NCBI GenBank assembly: GCA_002010065.2
Contig: MTMD02000008.1
Coordinates: 330,758-394,757, forward strand
From: Candidatus Pyrohabitans jungbluthii
GTDB lineage: Archaea; Hydrothermarchaeota; Hydrothermarchaeia; Hydrothermarchaeales; BMS3B
Direction of reading: 5' to 3'
Length of the DNA: 64,000 nucleotides
The notes below the pieces were generated by a model. That model worked only from the letters and a program-made list of their open reading frames with translations, had not been told where the DNA came from and ran no database searches. Positions 8,922-18,759 of the stretch are shown here, in pieces. Both the position numbers and the translations under genes were made by a program. How positions within the stretch are numbered: position 1 is the stretch's first letter; each line of letters begins with the position of its first letter.

Positions 8922-10652
8922 GTGCCCAGGGTAAAGATTACCGACACAACTTTTCGCGATGCGCACCAGAGTTTGGCCGCAACCCGCATGCGGATGCGCC
9001 ATATGCTGCCCATAATTGAGAAGATGGATGAGGTTGGCTTCTTCTCTATGGAAGTGTGGGGCGGCGCCACCTTCGATTCGTGCATCCGCTACCTGAATGA
9101 GGACCCATGGGAGCGCATCCGCACCTTCAAGAAGCACATGAAGAACACACCCACGCAGATGCTCCTTAGAGGGCAGAACCTCGTAGGCTATAAACACTAC
9201 AGCGACGACATAGTGGAGAAGTTTGTGGAAAAGGCCTACGAGAACGGCGTGGATATATTCCGAATATTCGACGCCCTCAATGATATCCGTAACATGGAGT
9301 TTGCAATACGCGTCGCTAAGCGCCTAGGTGCGCACGTTCAGGGTACAATATGTTACACAATTTCGCCCGTGCACACCATTGAGAGCTACGTGGAGCTTGC
9401 GAAGAAGTTGGAAGAGCTTGAGTGCGATTCGCTGTGCATAAAGGATATGGCAGGGCTCATCTCCCCTCAGGCAGCGCGCGACCTCGTTAGGGCGCTGAAA
9501 AAGGAGATTTCCATACCTATAGACCTGCACTCCCACTGCACCTCCGGTATGGCGCCCATCGCCTACTTCGCCGCCATCGAAGCGGGTGTGGATATAATTG
9601 ACACCGCAATGTCCCCCTTTGCGTGGGGCACCTCGCAGCCACCCACGGAGAGCATGGTGGCCGCGCTTAAAGGTACGCCCTACGACACAGGCATTGACCT
9701 CGAGGCTTTTGCTGAAATAACACCCTTCTTCAAGGAGGTGCGAAGGCGATACGATGCGATTATCGAGGACATCTCAGAGATGGTCGACGTCAACGTGCTG
9801 CTATACCAGATTCCCGGGGGGATGATGTCTAACTTAATAGCCCAGCTCAAAGAGCAGAACGCCCTGGACAAGCTTCCCGAGGTTCTTGAAGAGGTGCCAC
9901 GGGTGCGAAAAGACCTGGGCTACCCGCCTCTGGTGACGCCCACGTCGCAGATAGTAGGCACGCAGGCGGTTATGAATGTCCTTGTGGGAGAGCGCTATAA
10001 GGTGGTGCCAAAGGAGGTTAAGGATTACGTTCGTGGCCTATACGGCAAGCCCCCCGCGCCCATAGACGAGGAGGTCAAGGCGAAGATAATAGGCGACGAG
10101 GAGGTTATAACCTGCCGCCCCGCAGATTTGCTCCCGCCTCAGCTACACCAGCTTAAAGAAGAGGCGGAGAAGCTGGGGATAATTAAAAAGGAGGAGGATC
10201 TGCTAACCTATGCCCTCTACCCGGCGATAGCGGTGAAGTTCCTCAAAGGCGAGTTACGCGAGGAGCCCCTGCCAGAGAAGCGCGAGGCTGCGGAGAAGGA
10301 GGAGAAAGGCATCCCCACGGAATACGTGGTAGAGGTGGATGGCGAGGAGTTCAATGTGCGCGTAAAGCCAGTGGGTGGCTTCATCGAAATCTCACAGGCG
10401 GCGAGGGCAGCACAGCAAAAAGCCCCGCCAAAGGATGTGGAGGGCGGCATTAAGGCACCGATGCAGGGGATGATAGTGAAGATCAATGTAAAGAAGGGCG
10501 ACAAGGTGAACAAGGGCGACGTCGTAGCTGTGCTCGAAGCCATGAAGATGCAGAATGACGTCATCGCAAGCCACGACGGCACAGTTGAGGAGATCTTCGT
10601 GGAGGAGGGGGCGAACGTCGCAGCTGGGGACGTTATAATGGCTGTGAGATGA
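8922..10652 (+). CDS. pycB: Pyruvate carboxylase subunit B / oxaloacetate decarboxylase alpha (carboxyltransferase plus biotin carrier)
   Basis: DTTFRDAHQS, WGGATFD, IKDMAG, HSHCTSG, C-terminal EAMKM biotinylation site; GTG start. Confidence 0.92.
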   Translation: MPRVKITDTTFRDAHQSLAATRMRMRHMLPIIEKMDEVGFFSMEVWGGATFDSCIRYLNEDPWERIRTFKKHMKNTPTQMLLRGQNLVGYKHYSDDIVEKFVEKAYENGVDIFRIFDALNDIRNMEFAIRVAKRLGAHVQGTICYTISPVHTIESYVELAKKLEELECDSLCIKDMAGLISPQAARDLVRALKKEISIPIDLHSHCTSGMAPIAYFAAIEAGVDIIDTAMSPFAWGTSQPPTESMVAALKGTPYDTGIDLEAFAEITPFFKEVRRRYDAIIEDISEMVDVNVLLYQIPGGMMSNLIAQLKEQNALDKLPEVLEEVPRVRKDLGYPPLVTPTSQIVGTQAVMNVLVGERYKVVPKEVKDYVRGLYGKPPAPIDEEVKAKIIGDEEVITCRPADLLPPQLHQLKEEAEKLGIIKKEEDLLTYALYPAIAVKFLKGELREEPLPEKREAAEKEEKGIPTEYVVEVDGEEFNVRVKPVGGFIEISQAARAAQQKAPPKDVEGGIKAPMQGMIVKINVKKGDKVNKGDVVAVLEAMKMQNDVIASHDGTVEEIFVEEGANVAAGDVIMAVR

Positions 10653-10673
10653 GCTACTCAAAAATCTACTATT

Positions 10674-10688
10674 TTTCAGAATTCGAAA
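10674..10688 (+). promoter_or_regulatory. TTTCG-N5-CGAAA box copy outside the motility region
   Basis: TTTCA GAATT CGAAA followed 7 nt later by CATATATA. Confidence 0.6.
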
Positions 10689-10824
10689 GAAAAAGCATAT
10701 ATAAGCAGCAAATAAAATATTAGATACTTTAATGGGGCCTAACGGGGGGAGGGGGAACCCTCTTATTTTCATTTTTCCAGCGGTATGCAAAAGGATTTAA
10801 TAGCCCTGTGCCTTACTCTTTTTA

Positions 10825-11841
10825 ATGCTTGAGTTAACCTATGAGACCTTCGCGAGGAAGAGGGCGAAGCTAAGGGAGAAGATGATAAAGCTGCTACACA
10901 GTGAAGAGTTGAGCAGGTACCGCGAACTGTGGCACAGCTTTGAGCCCGAGGCGGGGCAGAGCGTTATTGCCGCCGTGGACGGAAGCAGCAACTACAAGCG
11001 CTACAAGAGCCTGCTGCTCTACGCGATTAACGCTGCGGTGGTGAGCTACGACGGCTCTCTTAAAGAGAAGGGATACGCGGATGTTGACTTCCTCACACCC
11101 TACAAGTACCTCACTGAGAGGCTTGACCTTTACCGCGCAACCCTTGAGCTAAAGGCAGCCCTTTCGGTGATAGATGAGGTGGAGCTTCTACTTCTTGACG
11201 GCTCACTCCACAGCAGCTTAACTGCGCCGAAGCAGTGGTGGAGGTTTATGGAGAGAGAAAAGGTAGAGGAGGTGCTTAACTATCTCCCCTTGCTGGAGGA
11301 GAGCGAGGAAACAGAGCTAATCTCAAAGGAAATAGCCGAAGAGTTGGAGGAAGCAGAGAAGATTATGCTGCTAGAGTACCTGGAGTACCTTGTGGCGATT
11401 CAGAAGTTGGTTGAGAGGGGGGTGAATAAGGTGGTGGGAGTAGCCAAAACTTCGACGGACACCAGCTTTAACAGGGGTATTCCAGATATAGCGGTGTTTG
11501 AGGAAATCACAAGCAGCGCTGGCTACTCTTCGCCGAGAGACAAGTTTATAAACATGCGCTACCCCATCTACGATGACTTCTTCAGAAGCCTAGTGTTCAC
11601 AACCTTCTATGCCAGGCTTGAGAGGGGTAAGGGCATGCTCATGATTGAGCTTCCGCGAGAGGCGAGAGAAGAGGAAATCCACGAGCTGCTTGCAAAGCTC
11701 AGAGGCATAAGCGTAGACGGTTACCCCTACCTGCTAAGAAAAGCCCACAAGAGAGTAGTAATAACCGGAAAGGACATGGAGAAGTTTGCAATCTCCCTAG
11801 GCATAAGCGAGAAAACTGGGAGGGAGGTGCTGGCATGGTAG
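10825..11841 (+). CDS. nurA: NurA 5'-3' nuclease
   Basis: AAVDGS, LLLDGSL, GVAKTS, GYPYLLRKAH motifs; overlaps herA. Confidence 0.92.
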   Translation: MLELTYETFARKRAKLREKMIKLLHSEELSRYRELWHSFEPEAGQSVIAAVDGSSNYKRYKSLLLYAINAAVVSYDGSLKEKGYADVDFLTPYKYLTERLDLYRATLELKAALSVIDEVELLLLDGSLHSSLTAPKQWWRFMEREKVEEVLNYLPLLEESEETELISKEIAEELEEAEKIMLLEYLEYLVAIQKLVERGVNKVVGVAKTSTDTSFNRGIPDIAVFEEITSSAGYSSPRDKFINMRYPIYDDFFRSLVFTTFYARLERGKGMLMIELPREAREEEIHELLAKLRGISVDGYPYLLRKAHKRVVITGKDMEKFAISLGISEKTGREVLAW

Positions 11842-13316
11842 AGGTTATAGGCGTGTGCATCGGCGAGGCTTCGCCCTCAAAAGTGTCCTTTATAGCAAAG
11901 AAAATGCCAAAACTTGGCGAGTATGTGGTGCTTGAGTTTGACGGCATGCGTGTGCTCGGCATGGTGGAAGCTCTAACCAGAGGTAACCCAAGCATCTCAG
12001 GGGACATCCTCGACCCCGAGGTGGTAGAGCGCATCCTTTCCTTCGAGAGTCAGGAGGAGCAATACATACGCGCCAGCCTTCGCCTTCTCGGGGAGATTTC
12101 GTCTCTAACCATGCCCAAGGTTCCACCGCCGCCAGGCACAAAGGTTTACCGCGCCGATGCACAAACGCTGAGGAGCATTTTTGGAGGAGGGAACATAAAG
12201 ATAGGGAGGCTCATCTCCCACCCTGAGGTGGAGGTTTACGTGGATGCGAACAAGATGATCACTAGGCATCTTGCGATTCTTGCAATTACCGGTGCTGGGA
12301 AGAGCAACACTGTTAGCGTAATCGTCGATGGTATCCTCAAGCTCAAGGGCATGCCCGTGATATTCGACATGCACTCCGAGTATGTAAATGCAGAATTTTC
12401 AGGTGGAGTTAAGCGCATCCTGCCAAAGCTTAATCCTATTTACCTGCTGTATGGCGAGCTGAAGCGTCTTGTGAACATCGATGAAAAGGCGTATATCCAG
12501 GAGAGGTACCTGCGCGAAGCTTATAACCATGCCATGGACCAGGTTAAGACCTCGCCCGCAAGCTTAATAGATGAGATGCTTCTTTATCTTCAAGAAGTCT
12601 ACTCCAGCGAAGAAACCAACACCAGCGAAAAGAACTCCATCTCGGGCGTTATTGGCAAGCTTTTGGACTTCCGGGAGAAATACGGTGATATCCTGGATGA
12701 GCACGCCCCTGAGATAGTTGAACTGTTTGAGCAGGGAAAGGCAAACGTCATAGACCTGGGAAGCGTTGACGAGGACTACGCCGACGTTATAGTGAGTCAT
12801 GTGCTGAGAAAGCTTCTGTACAAGCGGAAGCTTCGCGGGATACCTCCGGCTTTCTGCATTCTCGAAGAGGCGCACATCCTCGCCCCCGCGTACCGCCCCA
12901 CGCTTTCAAAGTACTGGATTGACCGCATCGCTCGCGAGGGGAGAAAGTTCGGCGTGGGTTTGTGCCTGGTGAGTCAGCGTCCAAAGAGCTTGGACGCAAA
13001 CTCGCTATCTCAGGCGAACAATGCGATAATAATGCGCCTTGTTGAGCCCAGCGATCAACGCCACGTTCAGCAGGCGAGCGAGAGGCTGAGCGATGACCTT
13101 TTGGCTCAGCTTAGCTCCCTTAACATAGGCGAGGCGGTTGTGCTCGGGCTGATGACGCGCATACCAGCGCTGGTAAAGATAGACAGATTTGAGGGTAAGC
13201 TCTCAGGCGGGGACCCGGACATAATCGCAGAGTGGGAGAGGATGAAAAATAGCGCTGAGGAAGAGGCTGAACAAGCTAAGAGAGAGGTGGAGGAGCTTTA
13301 CTCAGGGATGGAGTAG
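11835..13316 (+). CDS. herA: HerA bipolar DNA helicase/ATPase
   Basis: N-terminal HAS barrel, HLAILAITGAGKS, EEAH, IAREGRKFG, SQRP. Confidence 0.93.
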   Translation: MVEVIGVCIGEASPSKVSFIAKKMPKLGEYVVLEFDGMRVLGMVEALTRGNPSISGDILDPEVVERILSFESQEEQYIRASLRLLGEISSLTMPKVPPPPGTKVYRADAQTLRSIFGGGNIKIGRLISHPEVEVYVDANKMITRHLAILAITGAGKSNTVSVIVDGILKLKGMPVIFDMHSEYVNAEFSGGVKRILPKLNPIYLLYGELKRLVNIDEKAYIQERYLREAYNHAMDQVKTSPASLIDEMLLYLQEVYSSEETNTSEKNSISGVIGKLLDFREKYGDILDEHAPEIVELFEQGKANVIDLGSVDEDYADVIVSHVLRKLLYKRKLRGIPPAFCILEEAHILAPAYRPTLSKYWIDRIAREGRKFGVGLCLVSQRPKSLDANSLSQANNAIIMRLVEPSDQRHVQQASERLSDDLLAQLSSLNIGEAVVLGLMTRIPALVKIDRFEGKLSGGDPDIIAEWERMKNSAEEEAEQAKREVEELYSGME

Positions 13317-13613
13317 CTATATCCTGACCATCTGCGCATGAGGCACGCCACACACGCGGAGCACATTCTCCTTGTCTATTATCCCTTCTTTTATTGCGAT
13401 GGAAACAACGCTTTCCCCAGCGAGGTTTGCGATTGTTGCCTCCTTCAGGAACACCACAACCTGCTCCTCCGTGAATGCCTCATCGCCGTAAAACTCCTTC
13501 CTTATATCAAGGACAAGTTCCCCTTCCTCGAATACCTTCCCACGAATATCCTCGTCGCACACCGCAACGAGAACCTCATTCTGCACCCGGTATACCTTGG
13601 CATAGTACTTCAT
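13317..13613 (-). CDS. DUF424-family protein
   Basis: VLVAVCDEDI.GK, EFYG, ATIANLAG, VPHAQ. Confidence 0.85.
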   Translation of the reverse strand: MKYYAKVYRVQNEVLVAVCDEDIRGKVFEEGELVLDIRKEFYGDEAFTEEQVVVFLKEATIANLAGESVVSIAIKEGIIDKENVLRVCGVPHAQMVRI

Positions 13614-13651
13614 TTCACCCAGGCGGCGCAGTTTAACGTTTTACGCCAATC

Positions 13652-14365
13652 TTAAACACGTTTGAACCTGCCAATCTTGGGCTCGTATATCTCGCCTTCG
13701 CTAAGAAGCTCATTAAGTACTTCTTCCAGCTGCTCCTCTTCCAGAGCGCTCTCCCTGAGGAGGGTGATGTACTTCACACCATCGCCGTCGTCAAGCTCCT
13801 CGATGAGGTGGAGCACCTTCAGCTTCGGCTCCTCCTTTTCCTCGCGCTCGACGAGTTCAGCTGACTCAGCGTTTTCTACGCCTACAACCTCTTCCTCTAC
13901 CACTGGCTCTTCAAAGCTCGCCTCAGCGGCACTCTCCTCTGCCGGTGCCTCCACCTCTGGCAACCGCCTCTCAGCTATCGCAAGCTCAAGCTCACGCACC
14001 AGCTCCCAGTTGGGATCGTCGATTACTCTTACCACCTCTGCAAGGATGTAAATCTCACCATCGTACTCCTTCACCTTGCCCACCACATCGACGGTATCGC
14101 CCACGCTAACCTTAACCAGAGGGTCAACCTCGCGGAAGGCGCGCACAGCTATCGTAGCCGAGGCGTCATCAAGGGTTATGCTGGAGTATTTGCCATCATC
14201 GCTCACAAACTTGGCAACGACAACACCCATAACGCGTACCCTCGAGGCTTTTACGCCTCGCCTCGTGATTATATAATTGGGCTCAAAGCGTTCACTGCTG
14301 CGGTGAAAACTAGCTTCCACCACATCTTTAATTCTGAGCTTTACTGCAGTGCCCCTCTCAATCAT
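13652..14365 (-). CDS. RPA32-like OB-fold ssDNA-binding subunit with acidic linker and C-terminal wHTH
   Basis: SRVRVMGVVV..ITLDDAS..VVGKVKEY, GEIYEPK. Confidence 0.8.
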   Translation of the reverse strand: MIERGTAVKLRIKDVVEASFHRSSERFEPNYIITRRGVKASRVRVMGVVVAKFVSDDGKYSSITLDDASATIAVRAFREVDPLVKVSVGDTVDVVGKVKEYDGEIYILAEVVRVIDDPNWELVRELELAIAERRLPEVEAPAEESAAEASFEEPVVEEEVVGVENAESAELVEREEKEEPKLKVLHLIEELDDGDGVKYITLLRESALEEEQLEEVLNELLSEGEIYEPKIGRFKRV

Positions 14366-14374
14366 CTCCTACCC

Positions 14375-16417
14375 TCATGTAGTTTTAAAGTGGTCGTACT
14401 TTGGCTCAAATATATCGCCTTGCTGGCGCAGCTTCTCTATAAGCTCCTGCGCAGTGCTCTTAGAAATGCCTCTTTCCTCGGCCAAGCTGAGAATCTCAGA
14501 GCGCTTGGCAGTGCCGTACTCATCCTCAAGCTCCTTTATTATGCTCAATATCTCTTTAATCTTGTCCCTCTGGGACTTGGTGACGCCCACGTAAATCTTA
14601 TCTATGTCTACCCTGCCTGTTTCTAAATCCAGACCCGCCTGCGCCAGCGAGGTTTTGACCAGCGCGATGGCGCGATGGGCATCCTCTGCCGTAACTACGT
14701 TGCTCAGCCTCACCCGTGCACTTGCTTTGGCTAACCTAACTATCGCCCAGAGCTGCCTCGCAGTAAGAGGTATTGGCACATCTTCGCTGCGCTGCGCCAC
14801 CTCGCGCATCTCCACGTAGAAGTCCTCAATGGCTCGGCGCGCCTCCTCGCTGAGCTCAGGGAACACGTTCTGCCTAGCGTAGGCGATGTACTTTTTGAGC
14901 AACTCCGGCGGTATGGGTGGCTTTATGCTCTCAGGCGAAGAGGCTGTATCCAGTATGTGCCTTGCAATCTCGCGCGTCTTTGAGAGGTCATCTTTAACAA
15001 AAAAGATCAAATCAAAGCGGGAGAGTATCGTGGGTGGGAGATTAACCTGCTCTGAGATTGGGCGGTACTCATCGAAGCGCCCATACTTGGGGTTCGCCGC
15101 CGCAAGGATAGCGCAGCGCGAGCGAAAGGTGGCGAGGATGCCAGCTTTGGCAATGCTTACACTCTGCTGCTCCATTGCCTCGTGCATGGCTGAGCGATCA
15201 CTCGGATCCATCTTGTCAAACTCGTCAATACATGCGATTCCACGGTCGGCGAGTACCAGGGCGCCTGCCTCCAAGCTCCAGCCACCATCGCCAAACTCAT
15301 CCTTTACAGCGGCTGCTGTCAAGCCAGCGCCGCTGGTGCCCTTACCGCTCGCATAAACTCCACGGGGAGCAAGCTCCTTGGCGACATACTGCAGTATCTC
15401 GCTTTTACCTGTGGCGGGTTCACCCATGATTATTATGTGGGAATCGCCGCGAATTCGTCCTCCATCTGGCAACTCCACGGCAGGAGCAGAGAAAAGCTGA
15501 TACATTATTGCCTCTTTAATCTCCTCGTAGCCGAAAATGTGGGGAGCTATGCTTTTGCGAATCCTCTCGTAAATCTCTGGGTCGCGGGAGAGCTCTATAA
15601 TCTTCTTTTCATCCTCCTTTGAGATGCGAACCTCCTCAAACTCTATTTGCACTGGATTGAAATTATTCGCCTCAATGAATATGTCGAAGACGCGAGACTT
15701 CGCATTGCCCATCTTTCGCCTCGCCGCACGGAGAATGCCTATAACCTCAATAGAATCGCCAGGTGTGATTTTCCCTGTCAGGTCGTCCTCCAGAAGCACA
15801 GTTATCTGCTTTGGATGCTCTCCTCCGCGCAGGTCTTCCAGATTCTCCTGAACAAGAATCTTTTGAGAGTCCACAAACACCGAGTTGTCCACATCAAGCT
15901 TGAAAGGACCGCGCTTTTCGCAGCTTTCGCACAGGTAGGGCTCCTTCAGCGAGTCGTCGTTCTGGGGGATGTGCATTATGTTTCCGCAGCGCTGGCACTC
16001 AAAGGCACCAACCACCAGCTTGGGGCGCACATCGGTGGCTTTCCTCACTATACCCTCGACAGCAATAAGCCTACCCACGTCGGCGCTGCGGATGTCGCGT
16101 ATCAACAACCTACTCGTGGGTGGAAGATTGGTAAAGCGAAGGTTGAGTCTTATTGAGGGGTAATCCACGGGTAGCTCAATTTTGGTAAGGGCACGCTGAG
16201 CGGCAGAAATCGCAACGTCCGGGTTGCTGAGCACCTCGTCAGCAAGGGATATGTCGTACCTATCTAAATCTTCAAAGTTGACAACAAGGCTCTTCTCCTC
16301 AGGATAACCACGCACCACACGCAGAATCTCCCGCGAATAGTACGCCCGGAAGAACCTGTCGAACCTCTCCTCCAGGTCAGTTGCTTGAAAAACCTCCGCA
16401 CTATGTTCAGCCTCCAT
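14375..16417 (-). CDS. mcm: MCM replicative helicase
   Basis: Zn finger, GEPATGKS, IDEFDKM, SRFDL; no intein. Confidence 0.97.
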   Translation of the reverse strand: MEAEHSAEVFQATDLEERFDRFFRAYYSREILRVVRGYPEEKSLVVNFEDLDRYDISLADEVLSNPDVAISAAQRALTKIELPVDYPSIRLNLRFTNLPPTSRLLIRDIRSADVGRLIAVEGIVRKATDVRPKLVVGAFECQRCGNIMHIPQNDDSLKEPYLCESCEKRGPFKLDVDNSVFVDSQKILVQENLEDLRGGEHPKQITVLLEDDLTGKITPGDSIEVIGILRAARRKMGNAKSRVFDIFIEANNFNPVQIEFEEVRISKEDEKKIIELSRDPEIYERIRKSIAPHIFGYEEIKEAIMYQLFSAPAVELPDGGRIRGDSHIIIMGEPATGKSEILQYVAKELAPRGVYASGKGTSGAGLTAAAVKDEFGDGGWSLEAGALVLADRGIACIDEFDKMDPSDRSAMHEAMEQQSVSIAKAGILATFRSRCAILAAANPKYGRFDEYRPISEQVNLPPTILSRFDLIFFVKDDLSKTREIARHILDTASSPESIKPPIPPELLKKYIAYARQNVFPELSEEARRAIEDFYVEMREVAQRSEDVPIPLTARQLWAIVRLAKASARVRLSNVVTAEDAHRAIALVKTSLAQAGLDLETGRVDIDKIYVGVTKSQRDKIKEILSIIKELEDEYGTAKRSEILSLAEERGISKSTAQELIEKLRQQGDIFEPKYDHFKTT

Positions 16418-16568
16418 CACAACACCCACTTCCCATTCTATCCCTATCCTTTTAACCACTTTCGATTGCCTCAGCTTTACTTCCCATGCTTCTCTTGCAG
16501 GTTGTGGAGTTTATATTAAGAAGGAGAGTAAAGAGACTTTGCCGAGAGAGCGCAGGAAAAGTTAAAAC

Positions 16569-17450
16569 TCAAACAAACACCCCGTAAGTGCGCTCCACCT
16601 CCTCCTTGTGAATCCTCCAGATATCCTCTTCGCTGAGCAGCCCCTCCGCGTAGAGTTTCTTAGTAACCCTGGGCACACTCCGCGGGGATACCACCGCTCC
16701 CGGACGGGAGGCATCATCGATATAATCTGACTCCATGAGAAACCTCGTCCCCTGCTCCAACGCGGCGACTATATTCTTCCTCGTGGCTATAAGCGAGGGC
16801 ATTATCCTCAACTCCCTGCTTTTTTTAATCAAAGGCGGGGAGAAGTGTTTCACAACGCGCTCCCTGCGCAGCCCAGCCTTGTCCGCAAGCTCAGCTATCG
16901 CAGTGAAGCCAGCTTCATCTATGCTCTCAGTGTGGAGCTGCACAGCGCAGTCTGCATCGCGGGCTAACTCAAAGGCATAGAGCATCAAAGCCTCGCACGC
17001 CTCGCGTATCTCGTTTGACACAGGATAGTGGGGTCTGCCCACCTCGCCTATAGCGAAAGCCTCGCCATCGCACACATGCTTAGCGGCGAGCTCAAGCGCC
17101 TTCTCCGCGATTTCTTTAGCCTCCTCGAGGCTTCGCTGCCTTACCATGAAGTGAAACTCCGCCGGGTGAACCCCAAGCACAGGGAAGGCGCGCACTCCAA
17201 GCTCACTAACCAGCTCTGCAAGCTTTATGGTCTCCTCGTAGAGCCTCGCAAAATTCTCCACACTAACCCCACTCAGCCCCAGGTCTTTGGTCAGCTTGTT
17301 CACTAGGAATATATTTTTGCCGCCCTCGCGGACGAACTTTTTAACCGCCTCTATGCCCTCGCCATTCCTAGGATCGAGATGCATGTGGTTGTCTGTGATG
17401 GGAAACTCCTTCTTGAAGAGGGTGGCTTCCCTGCTAAGAACAGCCGCCAT
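16569..17450 (-). CDS. TatD-related metal-dependent hydrolase (archaeal)
   Basis: DNHMH, GVHP, GEVGRPHY, QLHTE, MESDYIDD. Confidence 0.85.
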   Translation of the reverse strand: MAAVLSREATLFKKEFPITDNHMHLDPRNGEGIEAVKKFVREGGKNIFLVNKLTKDLGLSGVSVENFARLYEETIKLAELVSELGVRAFPVLGVHPAEFHFMVRQRSLEEAKEIAEKALELAAKHVCDGEAFAIGEVGRPHYPVSNEIREACEALMLYAFELARDADCAVQLHTESIDEAGFTAIAELADKAGLRRERVVKHFSPPLIKKSRELRIMPSLIATRKNIVAALEQGTRFLMESDYIDDASRPGAVVSPRSVPRVTKKLYAEGLLSEEDIWRIHKEEVERTYGVFV

Positions 17451-17453
17451 TGG

Positions 17454-18149
17454 CTACACCTTCTGCGGCGATGAGGAGCAGCTCCGCGATGCTTCGTGGG
17501 CGACCTCCTCTATACCTAACCTCATTGTACGCAGTATCTCCTCAAGGTTGACCTCTGTTTCCACGCAGCCATCCTTGAGGAGGGGCACGCCCATGACAGC
17601 ACAGCTCTTACGGGAGATCTCGTGCATTCCCATGTTTAAGTCACGGTGACATGCTACTCCGAGAGCAGCCTTGGGTTTCGTCGCCTTGATTATTCTCTTC
17701 ACAAAGCTGCCCCCTGGCACTATGTAGAACTTGTAGCCAAGGCGCTCCGCTTCAGCTTTTAAGTCCTTAATTATGCACATCCCACAATCCTTGCAGCTTA
17801 TGCCGGTCTTCGCATCCAGACGTGCGGGACAGCGTATGTGGCGGATGCACTGGGGCACAACTAGAATGCGCTCGCTCGGCGGTGTGCGCGCAAACTTCTC
17901 GCGGTTGAGATGGTTTCTAACCTCTATTCCAATGGCATCCACAAGCTTCTCACTCAACCCGAAGGCGCGGGCGACCTTCTTGAACTGCAGGTAGAGGGCG
18001 TCCATGGTGAAGAGCAGCAGGTGGGGCAGAATCAGCTTCTTCTTTTTAATCAGAAGCAGGCCGAGAAGCAGGGATACTAGGAGGAGCGCCAGTAAAATCG
18101 CCAGCGAATATACCGCCAGCCTCCCTACAATCTCATAAAAAGAAACCAT
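17454..18149 (-). CDS. DUF116-family Cys-rich membrane-anchored protein
   Basis: PQCIR..CPA, CKDCGMC, VPGGS, GVAC, DGCVET. Confidence 0.85.
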   Translation of the reverse strand: MVSFYEIVGRLAVYSLAILLALLLVSLLLGLLLIKKKKLILPHLLLFTMDALYLQFKKVARAFGLSEKLVDAIGIEVRNHLNREKFARTPPSERILVVPQCIRHIRCPARLDAKTGISCKDCGMCIIKDLKAEAERLGYKFYIVPGGSFVKRIIKATKPKAALGVACHRDLNMGMHEISRKSCAVMGVPLLKDGCVETEVNLEEILRTMRLGIEEVAHEASRSCSSSPQKV

Positions 18150-18177
18150 CTTCCCACCTGTCTAATGTTAGCATGAA

Positions 18178-18453
18178 GTGCTTAAATATTTTACCTGTGC
18201 TGTGGTTGCAACCGCAGCAACCTTTTTATCCAATCTTTCACAATATTCTTTTGTGGCTGAAGAATTCTCCACCCGCGAGGGGGTTAAGTACATCCTGCTA
18301 ATCCTAGCTCCGGCTGTGGTGATAGTGGCAGCCTCGCTTATGATATCCTCCGGAAGGCTGGGACTGGTGGCTGGTGCCGGGGTAATACTTGCCTCCTATG
18401 CCGCTGTTTACGCAGTGGTGAGGAGTTTCAGAAAGAGATTTCTCTCCAAATAA
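18178..18453 (+). CDS. Small hypothetical membrane protein
   Basis: Hydrophobic helices; start uncertain. Confidence 0.45.
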   Translation: MLKYFTCAVVATAATFLSNLSQYSFVAEEFSTREGVKYILLILAPAVVIVAASLMISSGRLGLVAGAGVILASYAAVYAVVRSFRKRFLSK

Positions 18454-18520
18454 GTAACACAGATTAAGACTTCAGACAGCACAGATAAAACTAAATACAT
18501 TAAGAGTTAAAAGACCTAAC

Positions 18521-18739
18521 ATGGCAGTTTTGCCCATCTTTGGCGCACAGGAAAGCATGGTGATTTTTGGAGTTGCTGTTCTCTCTATATGGGAGATTTT
18601 CTGGAAGGGTATTGCCCTCTGGAAGGCTGCTAAGGCTGAGCAAAAAGGATGGTTTGTTGCCATGCTTGTACTTAACACCGCCGGGATACTGCCAATTTTG
18701 TACATCTTTGTTTTCCAGAAAGGCAGAAAGGGGATCTAA
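18521..18739 (+). CDS. Small membrane protein (DUF5652-like)
   Basis: WKGIALWKAA..QKGWF..LNTAGILPILY. Confidence 0.75.
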   Translation: MAVLPIFGAQESMVIFGVAVLSIWEIFWKGIALWKAAKAEQKGWFVAMLVLNTAGILPILYIFVFQKGRKGI

Positions 18740-18759
18740 TTTTTTGATTTACCGAACTC

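Noticed and set aside
16420-16568. Replication origin next to mcm
   Set aside because: No ORB repeats or cdc6 seen, and the spacer is short.
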